This document shows, in pieces, positions 52,932 through 63,901 of a stretch of DNA of 64,000 nucleotides. A model generated the notes under the pieces. The model was not told the origin of the DNA. It made no database searches and saw nothing but the letters and a program-made list of their open reading frames with translations. The number at the start of each line of letters is the position of its first letter. The stretch's first letter is position 1. Origin of the DNA: Anolis carolinensis (Eukaryota); the NCBI RefSeq assembly GCF_035594765.1, contig NC_085845.1, positions 33,164,024 through 33,228,023 on the forward strand, written 5' to 3'. A program made the translations under genes and the position numbers.

Positions 52932-54336
52932 TACCATAATATGAACATTATTGAAACCATGAATAAAATGTGATCTATAGGAAGAAACGGTGGTAGATAA
53001 CTAATGTTCATAGCTTTCAAAACAGAAACAGTTATTGAGGATCTACCACAGATATCTCACCTGGATCTTTTACCCTAGCAATATCTGCACTGCTTTTCTG
53101 CTTTAGATAGATATAAATCCTGCATTATATAAAATTTTGTAAATAAGCTGGAATATAATGTAAAGTGTGTTTTAAACCATAACTTCTCAGAAAAGGCTTT
53201 CAGAAATAATAGTAATGTCTATTCTTGTTTATAACAGAAAACAGGTTTTTATTTCCTGAGGCCAATGTACAAGACCCAACTTCCAAAATATATTTATGAT
53301 TTTTATTTAAAAATTGTCACACAGAATAATGTTAATATTTTTCATCCTGTCAACTTTTAAAGACATCTATCATTCTTGTAATCTGAATGCATTTATATTG
53401 TTTTGGTAGTCACAGTCAGCATCATTTTTCCTCTTTGCTGCAATACACCATTATTTATTTTGCTGCTGTTAAAAACAATAGATGCCTGGTTCTATATATG
53501 CATTTCATGAAGTATTTATGACCTCTGCTAAAATGTGAAATAAGGTGAAGGAGTGCCAATTCTTTTGCATGTGCCAAAATCTCTTTCCTTAACTGCTACA
53601 AAAAGCAGACGTATTTCCTCCCCATTCCTCCATAATTTGACATTGCTGGCATAAACAAGATTTACTTAAATACATTTGGTTATCAATGAACAGGTCATAA
53701 AGTGTAGTTGTCTGTAGTGGTATGTTGTTTATAGCCCAACATACCCCTGAGCAGGGCCGGCCCTTGATAATTTTCAAGTGTAAGTGAACAGAATTTTGGT
53801 GCCCCCCCCAAAACCAATCAATGAAAAATAAAAGCATTGGATAATAAGGAGGGATTAAGGAAAAGCCTATTAAACATCAAATTACATTATGATTTTACAA
53901 ATTATGCACCAAAACATCATGTTTTACAACAAATCAACAGAAAAAGCAGTTCAATACATGGTAATGTTATGTAGGAATTACTATATTTGCGAATTTAGCA
54001 CCAAATATTGAACTGGGATATAGGGCAGTGTGGACTCAGATAACCCAGTTCAAAGCAGATATTGTGGGTCATTCTGCTTTCAGTCAGTCAGTCAGTAGCC
54101 TTTATTTCGGTCAACAAACCATTGGCTAGGATCAAGTTATAGTACAGATGTAGTACAGATCAAGTACAGATGGAATACAGCATTTGAGTAATTTATGACA
54201 ATTGCATTTGACTTATGGTTAATAACAGGTATGTACAAACTCTATTGGCTATTTGACTAACTTTATAATCTAAAACAAAAACTGTTTGCAGATTAGTAAA
54301 CTGTCCCCTAGATATTCTTTGTTATACTCTCAACAC

Positions 54337-57300
54337 TTACAGATTTTTCATGAAGCACTTGCGGCTTTTTGCCGCTGAAAAGAGAAATTTAGCCACCTGC
54401 TCCGTTATCCTTTTGTCAAAGTCAGACAGTAAATAACTGCGGTACCAATTTAGGGTTCTTCCTGGCCATTTAGTGAGTAGAGGTGATATTAACCTTAATC
54501 TATCATCTTTGTAAATTGTACAAATAAAAAGTACATGTATAACAGTTTCGACATTTCCCTCCCCGCAAGGGCATGCTCTGTGTTCGTATTTAATGCCTTT
54601 GTATCTGCCCTCTAGTATGGCTGATTTGAGTGCATTGAATCTGGCCCAGCTAAAAGCAAGGCGAAACTTTGGTATATTTAAGTTTTCTAGATATTTAGCA
54701 CCTCCCATAGAATTAAATGTTAGGCCTAGAGTCAATGGGGAGCATGTGGAGCGCGCCTGAGTCATTGAGGTTTGTTTGTCTATGTCACTAATTCGCTCTG
54801 CTAAGATCTTCACAGTCTTTTTATACTCAAAACCCCTCAGTATATTCTCTGAAAGCCCCAATTGCCTAAACTTCTCATTTAATGCTTTGATTTGGTGGGA
54901 TTTGAAGAGGTCTTTTTGAATCAAATATATATATCCTGCTTCAGGTCCTTTATATATCCTCTCAATCCAATATCCTAGGGCCCTTCTCCAAGCTGTTGAT
55001 TCCAATGAGGCTGTTCCAGATTCAAGTCTTAAAACAGCAGATGGAACACAATTGGGGACAGCGAACAGTTTTCTAAGGAACCCTGATTGAACTTGTTCAG
55101 CTTTAGATGAGAAGCCTGTGATCCAAACAGGAATTGCGTAAAGTAGCTGGGCTGTTACCTTTGCTTGGAAAACCTTTATTGCAGCGGGGATATATTGACC
55201 ACCTTTTGTGTAGAAAAAGCGTATTATAGCTTTACTACTGGATAAAGCATTTTGTATTGCCATTTTTTGATGACAACCCCAGGAGCCCGAGGCCTGAAAG
55301 GTCACCCCCAGGTATTTAAAGGAAAAAACTTGTTGTATTAAGTTTTCTCCTATATACCAGTTGTGTCTGGCTCGCTTTTTTGAGAAAATCATGATTTTGG
55401 TTTTACTGTAGTTTATCTTTAGATGATTTTTCTCACAATATTCGTAGAATGCCCTCAGCACTCGCTTGAGTCCTACCATGGTGTAGGATATGAGGGCAGC
55501 ATCATCTGCATACAGCAATAGGGGTATATTGGTGGATGAAATTTTAGGGGGATGTCCATTTGGTAGTGAAACATGGGCGGCCAAGTCATTCAGGTATAAA
55601 TTAAACAAAATAGGGGCCAGGATACAGCCCTGGCGCACCCCCCTGTTGACAGCTATTGGTTTTGAGAGGTTGCCTTGTACACCACATCTTACTTGTGTTG
55701 TAGTGTCTGAGTATAAGCTCTTGATCAGCCAGAGCAATCTTTTGTCGATTGTGGTCTCCTGCAGTTTTTGCCACAGCAAATTTCTTGGGACAGAGTCAAA
55801 CGCGGCTTTTAGATCGATGAAAGCAGTATATAGTCCCTTGTAGGGACGTTTTTGGTATTTTTCAGCTAGGTGGTTTAGCACAATACAGTGGTCTATGGTA
55901 GACCTCCCTTTTCTAAAGCCTGCCTGTTCCTCGCCTATTATTTTTTCGGAGTCCAACCAGTCTAGGAGCCTGTTATATAAGTGGCGAGAATAAAGTTTTC
56001 CCACCACCGAGAGCAGGCTGATGGGACGGTAGTTTGCTGGGTCGTTTTTGTCCCCTTTTTTATAAATTGGGATTATAATAGATTTTGACCACGGGGCAGG
56101 AATTAGGGCTGTGCGGTTAATGTGTGTGAAGAGGGGGGCCAGAAAGGCTGTCCACCATGAGATGTTGTTTTTTAGATGTTCGGGGGCTATTTGATCTGGG
56201 CCTGGGGCTTTACCGTTTTTCAGTGATGAAATCAAACTTTTAATCTCCCTACCGGTCACCGGGGACCATTGTGGTGCATCTGTGCTACCGAAGGAGATCA
56301 CTGGATTTTCTTCCCACTCCCTTCTGGGTATCTCTTCATTTGACCCATATAGTATAGTAAAATACTTTTCCCACACCTGAACTGGTATATGGCATTTGGG
56401 AGAGGTTTTCCCAGATCCCAGCATTCCCGTGACCAGGGTCCAGAATTGCTTGGAGTTGTTGTTTAAGGAAGCATCTACAAGGGCATCCCATCTTCTATTC
56501 ATTTTCTCCCTCTTGTTTCTCACTAACATGGCTTTGTATTGTTTTTTGATTGTATAGTACATTTTGGGGAGATTCTGGGAGTTTTCTGCTCTATAGGACT
56601 GATAAATCTGGTTTAGCTTCTTTTTTAGTATTGCACATTCCTTCTGTGTATCTGTTGTCCCCTCTCCTTGGCTTTGGGTCCTAAATCTGCCTACTAATTT
56701 TTTTCCTGAGACTATTAATTCTTCTGTGAGATGTGAGTATTTTGATATTGCTTCCTCCGCACTTTCTGTTTCTGCTATGATCTTTCCCAACTCCAGCAAG
56801 AAGGGGTCTGAAGTTGCTGGAGGTTTGTTTTGCTTCTTTGTATCCCATCTAAGTCTGTTTCATCTTATGTCTAGGGTGGAATTATCTAGATAGTGTTGTG
56901 GACTTAAGCGTTGCGCATTAGGAAGACTTACTATATAAGAAATCGGGAGATGGTCACTTTCTGTTCTGGATACTGTGGTGAAATTCTCTATATGTTTATA
57001 CGTGTGATTAGCTACCAGAACGTAATCTATCACACTGCTGCCACTTCCTGATATATAGGTAAATTCGGCACATCTCTCAAATTTAGGGTCTCCATTTATT
57101 ATGTTTAGGGCTAGTCTTGATGTCAACTGCGCTAAGCATATCCCAGCTAAGTTGATCTTGTTATCCTTAGATTTCCTGTCAATCTTGTTTAAGTGGTCTT
57201 CCAACTCTTCCAGGTGCCATAACTTAGAGGCAAATAAGGTTGTATTATCAGGGCCCAGACGAGCATTAAAATCTCCTGTAACAATTAGTTTAGATTTTGG

Positions 57301-57807
57301 GAAGCGTGATTCCAACATTACTATGTAATCTTCCAGTTCCTCCCAAGTGCGGGTAAGCTCTAGCTTTTTGGGGCTGGGGGGAATATATACGTTGACCAGG
57401 AGTATCTGTGTAGGCCCATATTCTATGTGACAAGCCATAGCTATATGGCTGCAATTGTCAACTGATTTGATTTTTGCCCCAAGGGATGTGGACAGCAGAA
57501 TGGCCAGGCCTGCTTTCGGTCGCCCTCTATCTTTTTCCATTTTAGCCGGGGAGTCAATTATAGTGTATCCGTTGAAATCTATAGGCCCTTTACTCCATGT
57601 CTCCTGAAGCGAGATCACATCAAACTTCCTCAAAAATTTGCTTACCCCTTCCTCTTTACTTCTGGTCTGCCATCCTGCTATGTTCCAAGATAGACAGTTC
57701 AGGTTAGATGATTTTGTTTGCAATGTTTTCACTTTTGGGACTGTTGGAGGTTGCGGAATGATGGACTGGGTGGGACGTGTTTCATTTTTTAGTATATTCC
57801 TGACTAG
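54337..57807 (-). CDS. LINE ORF2 (APE endonuclease + reverse transcriptase), in frame with ORF1; one internal TGA at 56860-56862
   Basis: EN motifs SWNIAG, LQETW, NVYIPP, GDFNAR, IDY, SDHLP; RT motifs KAPGPD, NYRPISLL, QAGFR, FIDLKAAFDSV, GVRQG, YADD, FKYLG. ORFs 56860-57732 and 54337-56799 are the same frame, joined by 20 sense codons. Confidence 0.88.
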
Positions 57808-59622
57808 TCAGTGATCACCCTTAGAATGGCTCACTGGTTCTGTTTGTCGCCCTCCTCTAGCCCTTCCATACGTCATGTCCGTCTCTGCTAGATCCCCTAT
57901 GCAATGTCCTGGATCAGGTTGAATTTTATCCCCCTTGGTCATCCTGCTGAGAAGCTCTACCCGTAGCAAAGTCAGTCTGTCTATTATTTCCCTTTGACTT
58001 AATTGTGGCAAGCATTGGAATGTTTCCAGCAGGTCACTTTCCTCATCTATGTATAGCTCACTAAAGGGTGTTTCAGTTATGAGCCAATTGGGCACTGATT
58101 CCAGCTGCTTTGCTAGAGGGAACTGTTTTAGAGGTTTAGGGGTATCTGTTAGATCTATGAGATTGGCTTCATTGCAATGGATTTGGTTAGACCTGGAGAG
58201 TTGTTTAGGTTCCTGTTTGAATAGTGGGAAGGGAGGGGAGCTGTTAATAAAGTACCGAGAGATGGACATCCCGAGCTCCATAAGTTTTTCCTTAAGGCAA
58301 TACAGTTTGTTAGTTACTTGCTTGTTTGTACATGTTATAACTGCCCGGGCATGTGAGTAGTTGTAAAAGAGGTATTCTATCTGGGTTATTTCAGCTAGAC
58401 TAATGACATTGCACCCCACAACTTCTAAAACCCTTAGAAGGTGGCCTTTCCGTTCTGCTGGTGAGAGGAGGCCCAGGGGCTTAGGGTAGTTAGAGATCAC
58501 CAACTTGTTTGGCACAAGTATCATCTCCCAATCCCCCACATCTGGAACATCAAAGTTCTTTACCCATTTCTTTTCATTGTTGTCCTTGTTTTCCTTTCCT
58601 TTAGCAAAGACGGTTTCCCAGGGATCCTGTGTGACTTGTGGGTCTGCTAGTATTGCTGGGTCACACAGGAGGGGTGTCGCTTGATTGACTTCCAGGACAT
58701 CAAGAACTGTTCTTTGCTTGATCTGATTTATTGATGTCTCGTTTTTAGATTCCGGTTTACAATTTATTTTGTCTATCTTATCTTTAGGGGGCTTCGCAGT
58801 AGTACCTCGATCTTTCTTCTTATCTGTGTGTTTATACTTGAGGATCTTTTGAGAGTTTAAATTTGATTGTTTTACTGTGGATGTGGCCACTTTCTTCCTT
58901 TCTTGATCTTTTTGAAGACTTCTGCATTTGTACTTTATCCTTTTGTGAGCCTTGCTGTGTTTGGGGGAACTTATTGTGTTGTTGTTTTTGTTCCTTGCCT
59001 TTTTTCCAAGATGCCCTTTTATGCTGGGGTCGTTGACCTCCGTGTCTTGATTTAAAGTTGGGAAGGTTTTCTCCTTGCTTGCTTCCTGTTTGACCATAAA
59101 TTGTGTTATTGTAATCAGGAGGGCATTGGTTTCTGCAAGGTAAATCTTTATAGCCTGAATATCAGCGTTCAAACTGGTTAATTGATTGACCAGATCCTCT
59201 GCAATGAGTGGTTTTTTGAAGGCCTCTGATGTTAGATTTGTCTCTAGATCGCCCTCTGTTATATTCATAGGGACCTCCACCACGTCTTCATTGGGGGATG
59301 ATAAAACATGCCTCCTGTGCCCTCTCCTACTATCCAGATTATCCAAATTGTCAGTAGCGAAGGCAAACTCCTCAGCAATACTTATGCCTGAGTTCTCATA
59401 AGGATTAAAAATTACCCGACAGTGATCTAGGGTCCAGTCGAGAGGCGAAGCTGAGGGGGTGTTCTGTTCCTGCTCCAGCTCCTGTATTTTGACTATGGGA
59501 GAGAAGTAAGTTTTTATCTCTGTTTGTTTTGTTTTCTTTCTTTTCCCAAACGGGGGAGATGAGATTAGCGGAGACAGGGACTTGTCACTGTTTCTGTAGG
59601 TCTGTCTTGTTCTGATTACCAT
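57808..59622 (-). CDS. LINE ORF1 protein (604 aa; coiled-coil, basic region, probable RRM-like domain)
   Basis: Uninterrupted ATG-initiated ORF upstream of EN/RT, with a heptad repeat (LVNQLTSLNADIQAIKIYLAETNALL) and a Lys-rich segment. Confidence 0.8.
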   Translation of the reverse strand: MVIRTRQTYRNSDKSLSPLISSPPFGKRKKTKQTEIKTYFSPIVKIQELEQEQNTPSASPLDWTLDHCRVIFNPYENSGISIAEEFAFATDNLDNLDSRRGHRRHVLSSPNEDVVEVPMNITEGDLETNLTSEAFKKPLIAEDLVNQLTSLNADIQAIKIYLAETNALLITITQFMVKQEASKEKTFPTLNQDTEVNDPSIKGHLGKKARNKNNNTISSPKHSKAHKRIKYKCRSLQKDQERKKVATSTVKQSNLNSQKILKYKHTDKKKDRGTTAKPPKDKIDKINCKPESKNETSINQIKQRTVLDVLEVNQATPLLCDPAILADPQVTQDPWETVFAKGKENKDNNEKKWVKNFDVPDVGDWEMILVPNKLVISNYPKPLGLLSPAERKGHLLRVLEVVGCNVISLAEITQIEYLFYNYSHARAVITCTNKQVTNKLYCLKEKLMELGMSISRYFINSSPPFPLFKQEPKQLSRSNQIHCNEANLIDLTDTPKPLKQFPLAKQLESVPNWLITETPFSELYIDEESDLLETFQCLPQLSQREIIDRLTLLRVELLSRMTKGDKIQPDPGHCIGDLAETDMTYGRARGGRQTEPVSHSKGDH

Positions 59623-61309
59623 GGTTCTTTTAAAATGAAGTCACAGAGTCTTTAAGCAACCAAGAGTTTTAGGTACTAGTTAATAACTGTTAGTTGGTAT
59701 TTGATAGAGATTGCTGCAATGACTTTGATAAAGCATGCCAATATATCTTGATATGTTTTAATACTTGGCCTTTATCTGCAGTCCTTATATCATCTACTGT
59801 TTTGTTCCTTGCAGTTTGTACCTATTTAGCAGAGATTAGTGCTTTGAAAGAGCTCTGAAGTAAAACAGCTCAAAGAGTGTTCCTTGAGTCAGCAGCCTTG
59901 AGTAGTAGAGGGCTCTCTGCTTCCTAGTATGTACTCCAGGGTAGCAGCCAGCAAACAAAAGGAGACCAGGAAAAAAAAGTAAAAAGTAAAAAAAAATATT
60001 TTAAAAAAACCTTTGGAAAACTGGAACACTGCAAGCCATCCAGCCAGCCGGGAAGAAAGCAGTTTGAGGCAAGCAGAGATTCAGCAATGTGATCCTCTTC
60101 TTACCTTACCTCCTTCAAGGGAGGCTTAGGCTTAGGTGTTTTCCAAACAGTTGCCGATAAAATCTTTAAAACTGCATTAGCTTCATATGAACAGTCTTTA
60201 GTAAAAGCAAGGAGTTCAAGGGCAACAGTCTTCAATTAAAATTGAGAGTTTAAGATAATATAAAAGCAATAAGATAACAGCTTCAGAACTTGCCCTTGAG
60301 CATATCTGCTTTGATATTCGGGTTATATGGCTGTGTGGAAGAGCCCTGAGGGTTCTTCCACACAGCCATATAACCCAGAATATCAAGGCAGATAATCCAC
60401 AATAGCAGCTTTGAAATGGATTATATAGAAGTGTGGACACAGATAACCCAGATCAAGGCAGATATTTTGGGTTATTCTGCCTTGATATTCCGGGTTATAT
60501 GGCTGTGTGGAAGAGCACACAGCCATCCTCCGCCTTTCCATCATTCCCTTTTCCCGCTGTGTGCCATGTCCTGCACCGCCTTACTCTCTCCCTCCTTCGT
60601 ACACGTGCTCCCCGCCTGGTAACGGTCACCACCAAACCTCCACCTCGGGCCGCTTCCAGAACACGGCATTCATTGGCTCCCGGCCTTTACCCGCAGGACC
60701 CCAGGGTTCCATATGAGGGGCCTCGCATGGCGCAACCCTTGTTTGGCCCGGCACGCGCATGGCGGCAGTTTCCACTCACCTTTTATATTTTCTGCCATCT
60801 TGCACCTCTTTTTTCCCCCTCCCTCTCCAGCCACTGAGCCCGCCAGAAACTTTTCATCACACTGGAAAAGAGAGATGAGTTGGGGGCAGAGCCAGACAGG
60901 GAGGTGGGAGCAGCGGCGCTTTCTGATTCACTGCCCTTCAGCCTCAGCCGCACTGTCCGCCCATTAGGAAGTCAAGGAGCGTTTCTAGTCCTTCCCTGAC
61001 AATATTTGTATTGCGGGGCAGACAAATGGGCGTGAAGGGGAACTGGGAGTGCTTGGGAGGCTCTCAAGGGGGCGCAGTCACCTCAACTGTGCCCCCAGAG
61101 GATTGCGCCTTCCACAACGGCATAGTTCGCATAGCGCTTGAACCGCCCCTGCCCTTGAAGAACCAGATCCTGTCCAATCTTTGAAGGGTCAGCGCTGATT
61201 AGCATTTGAATGAGAGACCATGAACAAATGCCAGCTTCTATAAGCTATATTCACCTCTGAGCATTCATTGTCTTAGAAAACTCTATGAACACATGGAGTC
61301 ACCCTAAGT

Positions 61310-61476
61310 CAGTGGTTCTCAACCTGTGGGTCCCTAGGTGTTTTGGCCTACAACTCCCAGAAATCCCAGCCAGTTTTTCAGCTGTTAGGATTTCTGGGAG
61401 TTATCTGAATTTCTGAGAGTTGTCTGAATTTGCAGTAAAAGATAAAATGGAGATAGGATCTTTGTCTAGACACAAA

Positions 61477-61525
<49 letters not shown>

Positions 61526-61570
61526 ACATTGGACCAAAACATCTGGGGACCCACAGGTTCAGAACCACTG
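61310..61570. mobile_element. hAT MITE with an internal ~130-bp (ATT)n-tailed insert
   Basis: TIRs CAGTGGTTCT / AGAACCACTG; TSD CCCTAAGT / CCATAAGT; same family as 16458-16560. Confidence 0.78.
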
Positions 61571-63798
61571 CCATAAGTCAAGAGGAATCTTGAAAGTGCA
61601 TGTACACACACATATATGCAGATAAATTTTCCATAAAGAAAAGCCTAAAAGTGTAGAGCACACCTTTCAAATAGCTGACCCTGACTATATAAAATGGCAT
61701 TTAGAAATGAAAATCTGCTCTCTGCCCCCACATACCTACTCTCTCTGAGAAAGTCATGTACTTAACAATCTATTAGTCTGTTCCATCTGCTGTTGTATAT
61801 TTTTCATGAGCTTTAACATTCTGGTTGTAGAACTTAAATGATGAGTAAAATGTCAAATCACCTAAAATAATCATAGGCATGACAACCAAAATGTTAGCCC
61901 GGCTTGTCTGTCTAGAAAATAGTTCACAGGAGAGCAGTATCTCTCTGCCTCAGAGATGCTACTGTGTTCTTTTTTTCTAGTAAACTTTCAAAGACGTGCT
62001 GGATTTTAGCAGCATGACTCATTGATTTTAATGAAAATCATGTGGCTTACAACCCATAGAAATTTCAAGGCTTCTTGCAACTCACAAAACCTAGATTATT
62101 GGGAAGATTAGTAAATGTTGTTTATATCTGGAAAGAGAAGCCTGTTGGTAGTCCTTATTAGAGAAAAGTATTCTATCAATGGAATGTATACAATTGTTAA
62201 TTGTATATAATCAACTATTGATTCATTGCATTTAGTCTAGTTGGTACCATCAATAGGAATCAGGATTTACACAAAACATAACTAATTGGGGTCCTTTACA
62301 TTTGACTGGCAGCTGTCTTGAGTACTGACAAGAGATGTGCCCTCATGTTTCAGGTACTAGCTTAGTCAAATATTGAATGATAGCTGTGAGAAAGTAATTG
62401 TCTAGGTCTCAACTATCCACCTAGTTTCAAGTGGAAATAACTGTGCTTTGGTTTATATTTCTGTTCCAAGTGCTATTTAATAGGTATATGTTGCTATGCA
62501 AAGTTTTCAGCATATTTCTCTTCTACATGTGGGCAGTGAGGTGCAGCTCCCCATGGAATTGATGAAGATTGATGAAGCCATGTGGAGCGTATTTAGATCA
62601 TTGCCTTTGCAAAGGAAGCACAGATTTCTTCCTCAGGTGTCGCTTATACCATCACCACTACGTTCCTCAAATTTCAAGCAATTTTTAGCAAATTTTAAGA
62701 TGAATTAATTGAGCTACAACAATATGACAAGAAATAGTAAAACTCCATTGAGTGAGCATAGCACTGCTGATGTTTTGAGTCACCAATTTGGGGGGTGGAG
62801 TGGGGTATTACAGCACAGCAAGAGGAAATGCCCTTTCTTCATACTAAAAACATTTACTACTTTATGTTCTGCCCTATTGCTGCTTAATTTGTATGTGAAA
62901 TCCTTTCGGACGTCTTCAGAGCAAGGTATCACCAAACAGACATCCATATCCAATTCCAGTTCTAGACCAAGATGTTGAAGTAATGGTGGAGATACTAGCT
63001 GGCTAAATGCATTGAAACCAAATAAACCCAAATCAAATCAATGCTTCTTTCCTTTTGTTGATCAGGTGTGGAATTTAGGGATCTTCTTTGATCTCCCTGA
63101 CATTGTGGTTAGAAATGCCTTTAATCAACTACGTCTAATTTGTCTTTTTTCTAGAGGAGGATTGCCTAGCAAATATCACCATCCATGATTACTACACTTT
63201 GAGAACTATTTCAATGTGTGTTCATTAATCACTCCAGTCCTGTGCACACTTTCCTGGGATTAAGTCTCTTTCAGCATAGTAGAATTTAACATCCAGAAAA
63301 TAATGCAAAGGACTGAGCTATTTGTTTTTCAACTTCCTTGGGATAGACACACTTCACAGAACAAAGTCATGAGAGAGATTCAATGGGCCTTTTAGGTCAT
63401 AAGGCTGATTAACTGCAAATATTAGGTCTATATTAAATTCATACAATATTGTTTATGCTGGCATATAATGCTTTCAAGGTTAGTGAGCCATATTCTAGGG
63501 ATTAGATTCCAATTGGTGCTGAACAAACTTGAAAAAATATTTAGCTTCAAAGTTTTTCCTTACACAAAATATAAGAGACTCTTATTCAAAGGTTCATACA
63601 GAATAGATAGTGGCATGTTTGAGCCTTCCTTATCCTTAATTCTTATCTTTGAAATACTCCCAGATCTGAAATTGTCCACATGGGTAGCTAAGATAGTCAC
63701 AGTTCTGCTTTCTGAGGGTTCAGTATATACCAATTTTGTTTCCTACAGAGAATTATTAAATATATTATATGCAATTATCTTCAGGCTATGTGTATAAG

Positions 63799-63901
63799 GT
63801 GCTTCCTCGGCACATATACTAAAACTGGAATGATACAGAGAAGATTAGCATGACCCCTTCACAAGGATGACACGCAAATTTATGAAGCATTCCTTATTTT
63901 T
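63799..63901 (+). pseudogene. RNU6: U6 snRNA retropseudogene (near full length)
   Basis: GTGCT...CACATATACTAAAACTGGAATGATACAGAGAAGATTAGCATG...AAGGATGACACGCAAATT...ATTTTT. ACAGAGA box and AGC are intact, but there is CpG decay, a small 5' deletion and no obvious upstream PSE/TATA. Confidence 0.9.

Larger units (their letters stand above)
54081..60304 (-). mobile_element. Full-length non-LTR retrotransposon, RTEX-like clade (6.2 kb)
   Basis: ~680-nt 5' UTR, ORF1, APE endonuclease, RT, C-terminal CxC...H...C motif, AATAAA and (CTGA)4 tail; 8-bp TSD TCTGCTTT (54073-54080 / 60305-60312). The host repeat is collinear across the insertion. Confidence 0.9.
53752..61151. mobile_element. Composite non-autonomous hAT element (~1.2 kb without the LINE) hosting the RTEX insertion
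   Basis: Ends CAGGGCCGG / CCGCCCCTG; degenerate 8-bp TSD CCCCTGAG / CCCTTGAA. Contains captured Tigger-MITE (53837-54010) and CTTCCACACAGCC-type MITE pieces. Confidence 0.7.
53727..61612 (+). mobile_element. 5S rRNA-derived SINE (5S-Sauria-like) split by nested insertions
   Basis: 53727-53751 joined to 61152-61246 aligns to 5S rRNA (GCC...CCCTGA...GATC...GAAG...GGTC...TTAG...GAGACC...AAGCT). It is followed by a Sauria/BovB-like tail ending in (CA)n. Confidence 0.65.

Noticed and set aside
56860-56862. Second TGA in the LINE as a programmed readthrough site
   Set aside because: Context TGA-AAC is not a readthrough motif, and a CGA>TGA mutation is simpler; needs the family consensus to exclude fully.
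57729-57785. ATG between ORF1 and the EN domain as the ORF2 start
   Set aside because: The ATG in AAAAATGAAA is out of frame with ORF2 and closes after a short peptide at AAG TGA.
53727-61246. Functional 5S rRNA gene
   Set aside because: Highly diverged, split by a 7.4-kb insertion and fused to a SINE tail.
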